In this document: one piece after another, positions 36,620 to 52,282 of the stretch | How positions within the stretch are numbered: the first letter of the stretch is position 1 | Layout of the letters: the number at the start of each line of letters is the position of its first letter | From: the human T2T-CHM13v2.0 reference genome, Homo sapiens | NCBI RefSeq assembly: GCF_009914755.1 | Contig: NC_060939.1 | Length of the DNA: 64,000 nucleotides | Reading direction: 5' to 3' (one strand) | The notes under the pieces: model-generated | What the model was told of the DNA's origin: nothing | Database searches by the model: none | What the model saw: only the letters and a program-made list of their open reading frames with translations | Translations under genes and position numbers: made by a program

Positions 36620-39600
36620 ACAAGCAAAACAACTAATAAAAACTCTATACTGCCATTCTTTTCAACTTTTTGTTGTTTCTCTTCATTCCCTATTTTACAG
36701 TCTATGTATTGGAAATAAATACGTTGTAGTTATTATTTTTATTGGTTTATTGTTTACTCTTTCTATTTGAGATTTTTGCACCCCATAATTACCATATTAT
36801 AATATTCAGTGTTTTTCCATGTGCTATTGCTAGTGAGTTGTGTACCTTCAGATGATTTCTTATTGCTCACTAACTTGTTTTCTTTTAGGTTAAGATATCC
36901 CTTTAGCATTTCTTGTAGGACAGGTCTGGTGTTAATGAAATCCCTCAGTTTTTGTTTGTTGGAAAAAGTTCTTATTTTTCCGTCAAGTTTAAAGGACGTT
37001 TTTGCCAGATACATTATTCTAAAGTAAAAGTCTTTTTTTCCTTCAGTTTTTTAATATGTCATGTCAATCTCCAGCCTGTAAATTTTCCCTTGAAAAGTCT
37101 GCTGTCAGATGTATTGGAGTTACGCTGAATGTTATTTGTTTCTCTTCTCTCGATGCTTTTAGAATCATTTCTTTATCCTTAACCTTTGGGAGTTCAGTTT
37201 AGTGCCTTGAGGTGGTCTTCTTTGGGTTAAATCTGCTTTATGTTCTGTAACTTTCTGTTACTCGAATGTTGATATCAAATGTTGAGGAATTGTTTAATAT
37301 TATTTAATATTATTTATTTAAATAAATATTCAACTCATCTCTTTTTCTACCTCCTCTTTAAGGCCAGTAACTCTTAGATTTGCTATTTTGAGGCTATTTT
37401 TTAAAATTCTATAGGCATGCTTTATTTTTTATTCCTTTTTGTCTCCTCTGACTTTGTATTTTTAAATAGTCTGGCTTCAAGTTCACTAAATCTATCTTCT
37501 CCTTGGTCAATTCTTTTAAGTAATTCTGATCCATTTTTCAGTATGACAATAGCATTTTAACCTCAGAATTTCTACTTTATTCTTTTTATTTCAATCTCAT
37601 TGTTAAATTTATCTGATAGAATTTTGAATTCCTTCTCTGTGTTATATTGTACATTTCTTTGAATTACCTCAACCAGTTATTTTGGATTTCCTGTATGAAA
37701 GGTCACATATCTTTGTTTTTCCAGGATTTGTCCCTGGTACTTTATTTAGCTTGTTTGGTGAGGTCATGTTTTCCTGGATGGCCTTGATACTTGTAGATAT
37801 TCATCTGTATCTGGGCATTGAAGAATTCAGTCTTTATTGTAGTCTTCACAGTCTGGGCTTGTTAGTGCCCATTATCTTCGGGAACACTTTCCAGGTATTC
37901 AAAGAGACTTGGGTCCCAAACCCAATAGCACAGTAGTTTATGCAAACACGTAGAGGTACTGCCTTGGTGGCCTTGGATTAACATCAAGAAAAATTCTCTT
38001 GATTTATCAAGTAGAGAAACTTGTTCTCTTCCCTTACTTTCTCTCAAATCAGCAGTCTCTCTTTCTGTGCTGAGACATGTGGAGCTGGGGTTGGGGTAAC
38101 AGAAGATCTCCTGTGGCAGCCACCACTGAGACTGTGCTGGTTCACACCTGAAGTAGGCACAGAACTTGGTCTCACACAAGGCCCACTGCAACCACTACTT
38201 GGCTACCATATAAGTTTATTCAAAGCCCTAGGACTCTGTGATTAATAGTTGGCAATGCCAGCCAGGTTTGTGTCTCTGCCTATAGGGTTGCAAGTTCCCC
38301 TAGCCATGAGTGGGTCCACAGATGCTACCTGGGAGCCAGAGACTAAAGCATAGAATCTTCAAAATTTAGCTGCTCTTCTATTTTATTGTAGCTAACCTGG
38401 CACTTAGGGAATAAGACAAAGTATTTTCTACTCTTCTTTCCCCTCTCTGCAGGCAGAAGAGCTTCTTCTATGACTGCCAACACTACTGGCCCATGGGGGG
38501 TTTCCACCAAATCATCATCACTTTCTCACTTAAAGCCCAAGGACTCTTTAGTTAGCTTGTGATAAATTCTGCAATGCCTGGGACTCGACCTTTGGCCCAG
38601 GGCAAGTGCAGAAATGCTGACCAAGAAGACCCTAGGCCTGGACTCAGGGACTCTAAGAATCTGCTTGGTGATCTACCCCACTGTGGTTGAGCTGGTATAC
38701 CAGGTGCAATGTAGAGTTCCCTTTACTTTCCCCCATGCCTTTCTCAAGCAGAAGTCTTTCACCATAGCTACCACAGCTAGAAATGTACTGGGTCACACCT
38801 GAACTTAGCACTTCTCAGAGCCCAATGCCCATGGCATATTACCTGGTTGTCACTGTTTTTTATTCTGGGTACAGGGGTTCTTTAGTCAGCAGGTGATGAA
38901 TTCTGCCAGGTCTTTACTGACATGGCAGCACTGAGTTTGATGTAAAGTCCTCCAGTCACTGTGCTCTCCCTCTCCCAAATTCACAGGTTTCTGTGTGTTG
39001 TGTGGCTGCTGCTAGGTGGGGGGTGGGGGAGTGGTGTTGTGAGCACTCCCTTAGCTGCTCTGGCTGCTGTCTCGGTAGACCCCATACTCCCCACCCTCCA
39101 CATTCCACTGGCTCTGAGCCCAGCTCGGAATACGACTTGCCTAATAATTGAAGTCCTTGTGGCCTAGACTGCCCCTTAAGTTCTCTTAGAGTCCAATAGC
39201 ACGTCAACTCATGATGGCAAGACTTGTAAAAACTCAAGCTCCCAACACTAGGATAGGAGGTTTTCCTCTTTCTAGGGCCAATACACATGCTCCTTCCATT
39301 GGCAGATGTCAGCTGAGTACAGTCTGGTTCTGCTTTTCACTGTGACAGGGTAGTACTGAGTTTATTGCAAAGCTTCACAAACTATGCGCTCCCTCTCCCA
39401 AACATACTATCTCTGCACGATGTAGCCACTAGTGGTGGTTGAAAAAGAGGTGGCATCCGTGCTTCTAGACTGTCTTTTATTTTTTTGTCTTCTCCAATGT
39501 CTGTTTCAGTGATATGAAGTTAATACCAGGTACTCTGATTGCTCACCCAATTTTTGGTCCCTTTGACAGTGCTTCTTGAAAGTAGTTAGTTGTGAAAATG

Positions 39601-39650
39601 TGGTGTTTTTGTGTGGTGGATGAGAATGTAGGCTTCTATTCTGCCCTCTT
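36620..39650 (-). mobile_element. L1MA/L1M1-like 5' UTR and ORF1
   Basis: ORF1 remnant KQKLRDFINTRPVLQEMLKG; 5' end reads AAGAGGGCAGAATAGAAG on the minus strand. Confidence 0.85.
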
Positions 39651-39667
39651 ACTCTATCTCTGCCTTA

Positions 39668-40841
<1,174 letters not shown>

Positions 40842-41524
40842 TTATTCTATCACATTAAGCTGCCTTTCCTTTGCAAATACAAAATCAAACCATTCGAAAA
40901 ATCACTTTAATTGTAGAGATTGACAGTATCTTTCCCCTTCCCTATCTCCTTTCCTCTTTTGTGATTTTTTTTTCTGATCACTATGAATCCACTCCACAGA
41001 GTAACCTCCTTTCTTAATCTGTGTGAATTGTGGTGATGAGCTAGTCAGCTCTCTTAAAACCACTAACAAAAAAGTTTTAAATTTCCTAGTTAGTAATACA
41101 TTTTTAGCACGCCACAAGATACTCTTAGAACAAGGACTTCTGGTCCAGGCATTATGGATTATGATGATTAGTTCTCTGGATTTCTATAAGCTTTGAAATT
41201 ATGAGGTAAAAATCTAAAATAAGTGGGACTTCATGCTATTTATACATTTATTGGGTTTGTTAATTATTCCATAGGAAAACAGATGAAAGACTTTTGTAGA
41301 ATTCAATTCTGCTTCACTATACTTAGGGTTACAAGAAGGCAATTATATTGATGTAATTGACAGACTGAATTAACCTCAGTCATCACATGTGATTTTTCTA
41401 GAGTTTTTTTTAATGGTGCTGACATTCTCTTCAATATGTCCATGCTTAGCTTGGGTTTCTGGGGGACAGATGAGTAGCTAGTACTACCCATCTAAAACAT
41501 AATGTTCATTAGTTGGAATAATGT

Positions 41525-42075
41525 TGTGATATGATAGTCTTCAAGATGATGCCCTCAATTTCTTTCCTCCCTGCATGCACATGCTGCTGTTTACATTGAC
41601 AGGTAGAGTCGAATCTCCCATTTCTTGAATCTGTGTTGGTCACAATGACTTGCTTTTCCAATAGGATGGAGCAGAAGTTGTATTCTAGGACCTCCAAGGC
41701 TAGGTCCTAAGAAGCTTTGTAGTATTTGCCTGTGTGTCTTGGGACAAACTACCACGTTGTGAGCACTCCAGGTAACATGGAGAGGTCAGATAGGCATCAC
41801 ACTCAGCAGCCAATATGCACTGCCAGCCATGTAAGTGACCCGTCTAGACTCTTTAGCCTAATTGAGCTTTCAGGTGACTTCAGCAGCAGCCAACCAACTG
41901 CAACTGCAAGAAAGACTCCAAAAGACAACTTATGTAGTGCCCATCAACCCACAAAACCATGAGAAATAACGTTATTAAAATTACTAAACAAATAATAACA
42001 ATAAACAATATTAAACAATAAATAATTCCTTAAGTTTTGGAATGGCTTACTATTCAGCAAGAGATGGCTAGAACA
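41525..42075 (+). mobile_element. MLT1 (MaLR) solo LTR
   Basis: TGACTTGCTTT.CCAATAG.ATG..GCAGAAGT, GCCAGCCATGT.AGTGA, TAAGTTTTGG.ATGG.TT...CAGCAA.AGAT..CTAGAACA. Confidence 0.75.
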
Positions 42076-43838
42076 AGTACTAAATATTGCACAATACTGA
42101 ATAAGTATAAGTTTATTTGTATAATATACTTCTATATTTCAAAGCCATTGACATCTCTGGAAAGAGTGCGAAAGTGAGCACTGATTAAATGGTTCCCAAG
42201 AGAAGTTGTCTGTTGTGTCTCAATAGCATCATTTACCAATGGGAGCTGTATTTTGTTTTTGGAAAATATACATTTTAATGTTCATTTTAAAAAATATACT
42301 AACCATTGTTTAGAAAGGCATATGCTATTTTGAAAAAAATTTGAGCGAACCAGAGAAGTGTAAACTTTAAGGCTCTAATCATATTTATATGCTATTTAAC
42401 CCATAAGTCCAAAGTCTGATGACAAATATGTTTATGTAATACTGATATTTGGATAAATAAGTTAAACTAACTGCTTTCTTTTTAAATGATAGGCTTATAA
42501 TTGGTATGATGTTGAGATGGCTGCAGTGGATGGGCTCATCACCAGAATAAAATTTTCTCTTTAATACTTTTTTAGAACATTAAGTGAGAACCAGAGAGTC
42601 TAAAACTGGGTTACACAGCAGCAATAAAATCAGAGTGACACTTACTTTGCAGCAGCAGGACTGGAATTCTTGCTGTTGGGGTTGGTGGCAGCAAACTCAA
42701 TTATGGGTGTCTCCAGCTTCATGCTTAGATGATGTGTTGGAACATTTCCTGTTTAGAACTCTCTAACACTTCCTGACTAGAGCTGTTTAAAATAGAAACA
42801 AACTCCTATGATTTTGAATTTAGCCTATTTATTGTTACGATTTGTTCATATGTTTCTACTTTTTAGACTGTGGCTTTCTTGTAGACAGAAATTATATCTT
42901 ATACCTCTTTTTCTTCAGCAGCAGTGTGCCTGGCACCTAGTTGAATTGTCAGGTTCGTTGAATGAGTAAAGCAAAATTATACTAGATTTAAATTATTAAC
43001 TTTATCAATTTTACTCAGAAAATATATAGCTAAGTATGACATATGAATCAATTTACTCACTTATTCAACAAACTTTTTTAAGTGACTACAATATGTTATG
43101 AGCTAGGAATATGACAGTAAACAAATCTCGCCTTGTCTCAAACTTCAGTGGATCCAGGAGTCTCTAGAAGTTTAATTCTTGCTCAATCAGCAATTCCGTT
43201 TCACTGAAGACTTGACAAGAAGGTTTGAGAAGGCAAGAGTGTGTGAACTCAGCAGATGTTTGTGATGCACCTACCTACTGTGTGCCAGAAGCTGTAGTGT
43301 CACAGGCTCTGCCTGTGTCTCCTAGGAAAGGTGTAAACTAAGGACAATATTTTACACAACAAATAATGGCAAGTATGTCATGTGATGGAGAGGGAAAGTG
43401 CTGGCTCCCAAGAGTATAACAGGCACTGAGCCTAGCGTGGGGTCCAGGCGTCTCTGGCATGGTGCCCTCCTAGGTCCTGATTGTCCCTCCTTGTTGCTTC
43501 TGCTGTCTTCTTCAGTTACATCTGCTTCTCTGCATTTCCTCATTTTACAGTATGTGGGATGCAGTCATCTCTGAACAGCAGTAGGCAACTGTGCACCTGT
43601 TACACCATGCTTGATGCTCTGCATTGACGTACACTGGGCCCAGGTTTCCCTGGTGGACTGCTTGGGCCGTTCTTGTCATCTGGCTCTGAAGTCTTTGCTC
43701 ACAGAGGTGCACTTGCCAGATGGGTAAGCCAGAGATCTGGGGTCCTCTGATGAGGCCACTCTCACCCTGCTTATATTCCCTGACATACATAACAGATGAA
43801 GCTCAGGTGGGCGATGCACCTCAGGCCACAGTGTGGAC

Positions 43839-44367
43839 TGTTGTAACCAAGCGAGTTATAGAGGAACGCCACACTTTGAGACAAATTAAGGAGTCCTTTA
43901 TTAGCCGGCAACCGAGAGGCATGTAATGCTCAAAATTCTCTTAGCCCCGAGGAAGGGGTTGGTTTTGTTTTTATACCGTGGTCTAAATAGGGGAAGGGGG
44001 AGTTTAGCTGAAACAAGTTTTACAGAAGCAGAGCTGGCAAATAGTTAAAAAATTAATTGGTTACAATAGCAGTTACAAAACAAATAAACAGTTCCAGGTG
44101 CAGGGGCTTAAACTATCACAAAGAGAGAAATGCAGGGGTTTTGCATGACATTCACCGATTGCGTACCCAGGAGCAGCTGGTGCAGCTTGCCTCAATATCT
44201 TATCAGTAAGTGCATTCCTGGACCTGCTTTGAGTCAGTTTACACTAGTTATGCAATTAAGGGTGGGAGGTAAAGGGGGCTGCACGTGAAGAAACTAAAAT
44301 GGAGTCTGTCCGGCTCTCTCTCCGCTAGGAGAGAGTCACTCAGGTTAAAACAAGGTAGGGTATCACA
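43839..44367 (-). mobile_element. ERV1 solo LTR, LTR6-like (HERV-S71)
   Basis: TGTTGTA.C.AAGCGAGTTA...AACGCCACACTTTGAGAC ... GGTAGGGTATCACA; TG...CA ends, 4-bp TSD GGAC, AATAAA on the minus strand. Confidence 0.85.
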
Positions 44368-44934
44368 GGACCATGTACAATTCTTCAAACTCCAGCTTCA
44401 ACTCTCTTTCTTATTGCTCTCTTAGGACAGTATATTTAGATCAGAGTAAATGAAAGTAATGTTATTAGGAGATAAGATTAAAATTGATCCCATTTGTAAA
44501 AAGGGAAGTAGATTATTTGTGAACTGTAATACTTTTTTTTTAGTGAAGAATCACCTTAAAACTTGGAACCTGGATACAAGATAATTCCTTCATTCTGTAA
44601 AAGTTTAGTAGCAAACTATATGCCAGGACTGTGCTAGGTACTAGGGATAGATGGTTGAATATATAGTATAAGATGCCTTGGAGTGTCAGATAGTTTCATA
44701 TAAATGGCTCATGCAGTATATAGACAGTGTGGTAAAAAGAGACTACTGAGATGCACAGAGGACAGACAATAAAGCGTCTTCGAATAGTAGATAAATGTGT
44801 TTGGACTTTTCACTCAGGGCTGTTGAAGTTTTTGAAGGTCAGTGGTCTCAGAGTTTTGGTGTTTTCAAGCCCTGCTAAGCACTTTCTTTCTAGCTGATGA
44901 TTGGCCACCATTACTGATCATCTATTGGCTCTGT

Positions 44935-45463
44935 CTGATTCAGCAATCCCACCACTGAGTATTTATGCAAAGGAAAAGAAATCAATGTATCAGAAAGATA
45001 ACTGTACTTGTGTATTTGTTGCAACACTATTCACAGTAGCACAGACATAAAATGAAACTAAATACCCATCAAAAAATGATTGGAGAAAGAAAATGTAGAA
45101 AATATACACAATGAAATACTATTCAGGCATAAGAAACAATAGAATCATAACTTTTGCAGACACATGGATGGAACTGGAGGCCATGGTTGTAAGTGAAGCA
45201 AGCCAGACACAGAGTAAACATCGTATTTTATCACTCATAAGCGGGTGCTAAAAGATGTGTGGATAGATATTGATGTAGAGAGTGGAATGATAATGGAGAC
45301 TCAGCAGGGTGAGGGGATGGAAGGGGTGAACAGTGAGAAATTACTTAATGGGTACAGTGTGCATTATTCTGGTGATGGATACCTAAAAGCCCTGACTTCA
45401 CCACTATGCCATCCATGCTTACAGCAAAATTACACTTGGAACCCATAAATTTATACACAAAAA
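44935..45463 (+). mobile_element. L1PB4-like 3' end
   Basis: AAATTACTTAATGGGTACA...AAAAGCCCTGACTTCACCACTATGC. Confidence 0.8.
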
Positions 45464-47777
45464 GTCTTAGACCTCTCTCTCTTCTCTCATAAGACTCAGA
45501 GCTCAGTGATCCCCTTGGATCCCCTCAGGCTGCTGAGTTTCGATTTCCCTACCTAAGGTGATTTTGGGCAGAGACAAGGGAGTGTTTCTGGAAGATGTTC
45601 TCAGGCACACGCTTCTAAAGAAACATTGGAGACTCTTCTAGTGGCCTTTATCTAGTCACTGCTTTAAGCAAGGAATAAAACATCTGTGGCTAAAATTTGT
45701 AAAACTGTGTTTCCCACCCACCCTTCAGACCTGACAGAAGATATTTTAGGATTTTAAGGGAACAGCTTTTTCCTGACTTAAAAGGGCACAGTAGTGCAAA
45801 GGCCAATGTCACGTAAGTACCTTTTCCCCATCTGTAAAATAACTTTCAGATGCTATTCCCACAGCTGGAATCAGTAGTGTTTTGACTGAGGTATTGGAAA
45901 AGCCTATGAGCTCATTATCATTTGAACATATGAGTAATGTAAAATTTAGGCAGAATTTTATTTGAAAGGATTATTTATGCAATTTTTTATTAACTGATTT
46001 ATATTGCGGTTATTTCAAACAATAAAAATCAGGTCGTTGTGTTGTAAGCTAGAAATATTTACAATAACACATGGTCTTGATTATCTCACATGATGCAGAC
46101 TAAAGCAAAATAATTTATCTTAGGGAGTTCTGTGACAGTTTCTCTTTCACTTTGCTTTAATAATGACTTCAAACTGTTGTACATATATAGAGAACTCCTG
46201 ACTAAAGAGAATATTTTGTCTATTGTGCTATGTTTCTGTAACTTTTTAAGATCTAGAGGAACATATATTTAGTCTCAGTTGGCCAACTAAATGTTATGGA
46301 GTCAGCTTCTGTGTTATGTGCTGAGCATTGAAGGAATGATGGAGACAAGTCTGCTGCCCTCACAGAGTCTGCGGAGAAAACCTGATGGAGTGTGGCAGGG
46401 AACATGCTGGGAGCATCCCAGGATGCCAAAAACGCACACAGATGGAACACCTGCCTTAGAACAGGGGTGGGTCAGACAAGGGGAGGTGTCAGGAAAAACA
46501 AGGAAAGTTTAAAATGCAGGAATAGAAAAGCACTTGAGAAATCCATGGGGAATGAAAAGAGAATGGCTGAGCAGCAGCAGATTGTCAAAAAGGAAATCAA
46601 GAAGGATCAGCCAAAGAGGTTGATGGAGAACCAGGAGAAAGAAGGTTGACACTGAAGCCAAGGGAAGGAAAGTGTTTCAGCATTTCTGGGAAAAAATGAC
46701 ATGCTCTGTCTTAACCTTGCTGTTTTATGAGTCATATAGCCACATTCCAGGTTCTGAGAAGTCCAGCACTAAAGATGTTTCTTTTAGTTTGCTTAACCCA
46801 GCATTTGCCAGAATAATCTGGGCTTAGTGTGAGTGTGTGTGCGTGTGTGTGCCTGTGTGTTCTACTAATACCTCACTGAGGCTAGTGCTGTATACAACAT
46901 AATTTTTAAAACACTGGTTTTATCCATCTTTTTGTTCAGCTGCAGCAACACTTACAAAGGGCAACTTTGATCATGTGTCTTCGTTACTAAAAGAAACAAA
47001 ACAAACTAATGAATAAAGCCCACCTGGCAGTGACTCCTCACTACCTGTATGATGGAGCCCACCTGGCTTGGCCTGGGTGCCCTGTGCTGACGAGGCCGTG
47101 CTGTCTTCTGCCTGCTGCTTTGCCTCCCCTTTCCTCCTGGAGAAGGTAGAGATGTTCTGAGCTTTGGCTCGTCTGGAACATGTGTCCTTCCCCTCATTTG
47201 GCCCATGTTTTCCTGAGTCCACTTTAATCTCGTTTAAGGGTATAGAACTTTCCTTAAAGCTTTTGGTCAGGTCTCACTCTCTATGCTGTCTTCCTGCCAC
47301 TTCTACAATGTACATACTTTACTGATACATTAATTATGCTATACTAGCCCAGGTTTTTACTTCTATATCATTTTATATCATCATCTTTTTTTCTTAGAGC
47401 TTAGTTCACTTATTTATTCAGTCTTTCCACAATATAATTGTATGTCATATAATTTCATATTGATTTTCATTGGTGTTTATATATCTTTTCTGCAAAAATG
47501 GAGGCTTTCTAAATAGATCTTCATTAACGTTGAAAGAACAAGGTTTTAAGTCTTGGTCTCAGCCAAAAGGAGTTCCCCGCATTACCAGGAGGGAAAGAAA
47601 CACTTGAATTGTTGCATTAGATATTCTTACAGAGAAAGAGAACCACGTGTAATGGAAAATTGCTAACTTGGCCTCAGGGAGTCCAGGTTGATTCACTGAG
47701 AAAGTTTGAATTGGTTTAGAAAGCATAGTTCTGAGTTTTCTAGAAGAACAAAATTTAGAGTCGGGCATAAGAAGTAA

Positions 47778-50039
47778 TGCCCATATCAAAAAATTAGAAA
47801 TATCTCAAATTAACAACCTAACATCACAACTGAAAGAATTAGAGAAGCAAGGAGAACTCAACCACAAAGCTTGTAGAAGACAAGAAATAACTAAAATCAG
47901 AGCTGAATTGAAAGAAATTGAGACATGAAAAACTGTTCAAAAGATCACTTAATCAAGGTTTTTTGAAAAAATTACTAAGATAGGGCACTAGCTAGATTAA
48001 TAAAGAAGATGAGAGAAGATTCAAATAAAGAAAATTAGAAATGATGAAGGGAATGTTACCACTGACCCCAGAGAAATAAAAATAACAACCAGTAACTACT
48101 ACGAGCACCTCTATACACACAAACTAGAAACCCTAGAAGAGATTAATAAATTCCTGGACACATATACTCTCTCAAGACTGAACCAGGAAGAAATTCAGTC
48201 TCTGAGCAGACCAATTATGAGCTCCAAAAATTGAATCCGTAATAAATAGCCTACCAACCCCCCAAAAAGCCAGGACCTGATAGATTAACAAATTTTAACA
48301 GTTGTACAAAGAAGAGCCAGTACCAGTCCTACTGAAACTATTTCAAGAAATAGAGGAGGAGGGACTCTTCCCCAACTTGTTCTATGAGGCCAGAATCATC
48401 CTGATACCAAAGCCTGGCAGTGACAAAACAAAAAAAGAAAACTTCAGGCCAGTATCCTTGATGAACATCCATTCAATAATCCACAACAAAATACTTGCAT
48501 ACTGAATCTAGCAACACATCAAAAGGCTAATTCACCATAGTGAAATAAGCTTCTTCCCTGGAATGGAAGGGTGGTCCATCATGGGCAAATCAATAAAATG
48601 TGATTCATAACATAAATAAAACTAAAGATAAGAACCACGTGATTGTCTCAACAGATGCAGAAAAGACTTTCAGTAAAATTCAACAAAGCTTCATTTAAAA
48701 ATTCTCAATAAACGAGGTATCAAAGGAACATACCTCAAAATAATAAAGGCCACCTATGACAAACTCACAGCCAACATTATACTAAATGGGCAAAATCTGG
48801 AAGCATCCTCCTTGAAACCCGCACAAGACAAGGATGCCCTCTCTCACCACTCCTATTCAACATAGTATTAGAAGTCCTTTCTGGAGCAATCAGACAAGAG
48901 AAAGAAATAAAGCATATTTAAATAGAAAGAGAAGTCCAACTACCTCTGTTTAAAGACAACATAATTCTGTATCTAAACCCTATAGTTGTGACCCAAAATT
49001 CCTTAAGCTGATAAACAACTTCCACAAAGTTTCAGGACACAAAATCAATGTACGAAATTTGCTAGCATTCCTATACACCAAGAAGAGCCAAACTAAAAGC
49101 CAAATCAGAGAGGCAATTTTATTCACAATTTCCACGAAAAGAATAAAGTACATAAGAATACAGCTAACCAGGGAGGTGAAAAATCTCTACAATGAAAATT
49201 ACAAAACACTGCCCAAAGAAGTCAGAGAAGACACAAATAAATGAAAAATCATTCCATGTTAATGGAGAGAAAGAATTAATATCATTTAAATGGTTGTACT
49301 GTCCAAAGCTATTCCTATTAAACTACCAATGACATGCTTCACAGAAGTAGAAAAAAGCTATTTAAAAATTCATATAGAACCAAGAAAGAACCTAAGTAGC
49401 CAAGGCAATCCTAAGCAAAAAGAACAAAGCTTGAGGCATCACATTACCCAACTTCAAACTAACCTGCAGCACCACAGTAACCAAAACAGCATGGTACTAG
49501 TACAAAAACAGACACATACACCAGTGGAACAGAATAGAGAGGTTAGAAGTAAGACCACATACCTACAACTATGTAAACTTTGACAAAGCTGGCAAAAACA
49601 ATCAATGGGGAAAAGATTCCCTATTCAATAAATGGTGCTGGGATAACTGGCTAGCCATATGCAGAAGATTGAAGTTGGACTTCTTCCTTATACCATATAC
49701 AAAAATCAACTCAAGATGGATTAAATACTTAAATGTAAAACCCAAAACTATAAAAGCTCTGGAAGACAACCTAGACAATACCATCCTGGACATAGAAAGA
49801 GGCAAAGATTTCATGATAAAGACACCAAAAACAATAAACACAACTATTGACAAGTGGGATCTAATTAAACTTAAAAGCTTCTGCTCAGCAAAAGAAATTA
49901 TCAAGAGAGTGAACAGACAACATATAGAATGAGGAAAAAATATTTACAAACTATGTATCTGACAAAGATCTAATATTCAATATAAGGAACTTAAATTTAT
50001 AAGAGAAAAACAAAAAACCCTATTAAAAAGTGGCCAAAG
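47778..50039 (+). mobile_element. Middle-aged L1PA ORF2 fragment, truncated at both ends
   Basis: [49 protein letters not shown]; no 3' UTR. Confidence 0.88.
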
Positions 50040-51897
50040 CCCTGACTTCTGAATAGCACTTCTGGACCCAGCCAGGGACTGAGGGATCTCACTGCCCTAA
50101 AGGAAAGAACACAGGCCTGTCTGGCTTTGCCACCTGCTAATTGTAGAGACCAAAGGCCTTGAGTGAACATAGGGAGTCGTCAGAAAGTGCATGCAGCAGG
50201 ACTTGAGCAAGACCTGTGCTGTGATAGCTTCAGGTCTGATCCAGGGCAGTCATAGTGGTGGTGGCCAGAGGTGCTTGTGTCTTTCTTCTCCCAGGTTTAG
50301 GTGGCTTAGAACAGAGAGAAAGACTCTGTATCTTTGAGGGAAAATAAGGGTAGGGAAAGAGTCTGTGGCTAGTAATCCAGAAAATTCTCCTGGATATTGT
50401 TGAAGGCTGTCAAGGTGGTACTTCTCTGAGTCTGGAAGAATTACAGCATTATTGGGTATAAGGTGCTCCATAAAGCAGATATGGCTTAGATCACAACACC
50501 CAACTCTTTTCATATATGTGAAAAGCCTTCCCAAGAAAGACAGCTACAAATAATCCCAGACAGTGAAGACTACAATAAATACTCACCTTTTCTCTCTTTA
50601 AATTTTATTTTTTAAACTTCTCATATGGTGTTGCATGCCCAAGATTTTAATGTCCAGACACTGAAGAACATCTACTAGCGTCAACACAATCCAGGAAAAC
50701 ATGACCTCACCAAGTGAACTAAATAAGGCACTGGGGACAAATCCTGGAGAAAAAGAGATATGTGATGTTTCAGACAGAGAATTCAAAATGGCTGTATTAA
50801 AAAAAAAACTGAAAGAAATTTAAGATAACAAAGTAAGGAGATTCCAAATTTTATCAGCTAAACTCAACAAAGAGATTGAAATAGTTACAGTAAATTAAGC
50901 AGAAATTCTGAGCTGAAAAATGCAATTGGCATGCTGAAGAATGCATTACAGCCATGTAATAGCAGAATGGATCAAGCAGAAGAAATAGTGAGCTTGAAGA
51001 CAGGCTCTTTGAAAATACATAGAAGAGACAAAAGAAAAAGAATAAAAACAACAAATCATGCGGACAGGATCTAGAAAATAGCCTCACAAAGACAGATCTA
51101 AGAGTTATTTGTTTTAAAGATGATGTAGAGAAAGAGGCAGGGGAGGATCTAGAAAATAGCCTCACAAAGACAGATCTAAGAGTTATTGGTTTTAAAGAAG
51201 ATGTAGAGAAAGAGGCAGTGGTAGAAAAATTTATTCAAAGGGATAATAACAGAGAACTTTCCAAACCTAGAGAAAGACATCCATATCCAACTACAAAAAT
51301 GTTATAGAACATTAAGCAGATTTAACCCAAAAAAGACTACTTCAAAGCATTCAATAGTCTTCCAAAGGTCAAAGATAAAAGTTCTTAAGGAAGAAAGAGA
51401 AAAGAAACAAATAACCTACTGGGGAGCTCCAACACGTCTGGCAGCAGACTTTAGAGTGGAAACTCTACTGGCCAGGAGAGAGAAGCAATAAATATTTAAA
51501 GTACTAAAGGAAAGAAACTTTTACCTTAGAATAGAATATACAGTGAAAATGTTCTTCAAAAAAAAAGAATACTGACTTTTTCAGACAAACAAAAGCTGAA
51601 GTATTTTATGAATACCATACCTGTCCTAAAGGAATGCTAAAGGGAGTACTTCAATCAGGAAGAAAAGGACATTAATGAGTAATAAATGATCACCTAAAGG
51701 TAAAAAAAATCCTCACTGCTAATAGGATACAAAACAAAACAGAATATTATAACACTATAGCTGTGTGGTGTGCAAACTACTCTTATTTAAAGTAGGAATA
51801 CTAAATAATATCCAATCAAAAGTAATAGCTACAACAACATTTCAAGACATAGCACAATAAAATATAAATAGAAACAACAAAAAGTTAAAGTTAAGGG
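50040..51897 (+). mobile_element. L1MA/L1M1-like 5' UTR and ORF1 fragment
   Basis: CAGGAAAACATGACCTCACCAA.TGAACTAAATAAGGCA, CAGACAAACAAAAGCTGA; same family as 36620-39650. Confidence 0.82.
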
Positions 51898-52250
51898 ATG
51901 AGTACGACCCGTCCTGAGCCGGCAGATGTGGTGGAAGCCCCGGAGCTCCGGAGCTCCCAGAAGGACTGGAGCGTGGGCGGAAAGGAGGCCGCCCCTAGAG
52001 CCGGAAGCCTGCGCAGGGGACAGAGGCCTCCGGCGGCGCCCCCCAGCAACAGCAGGGCAGTGCCACATTGGTCCTGAGCCAGGCCTGGCCGCCGGTGACG
52101 GCGGGACTCTCTGGGAGGCCGGCGGTCCTCGGGTGTAGAGGGAGACAGCTGCCCGGGGGCACGGGCGAGCGCCTCTGGGGGTCCCGGATCCGAGACCCGT
52201 GGCCCCGGGGTGGCGGTGACGCCTGGAGTCATGCGGGCTTGGCTGGGCCG

Positions 52251-52262
52251 GGCTCTTGAGGC
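52251..52262 (+). promoter_or_regulatory. 5S rDNA D-box (GGCTCTTGAGGC) at -32 to -21
   Basis: One mismatch to GGCTCTTGGGGC at the canonical position; second copy GGCTCTTGGGCC at 54653-54664. Confidence 0.85.
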
Positions 52263-52282
52263 AGCCAGGCGCCACTGCTGGC

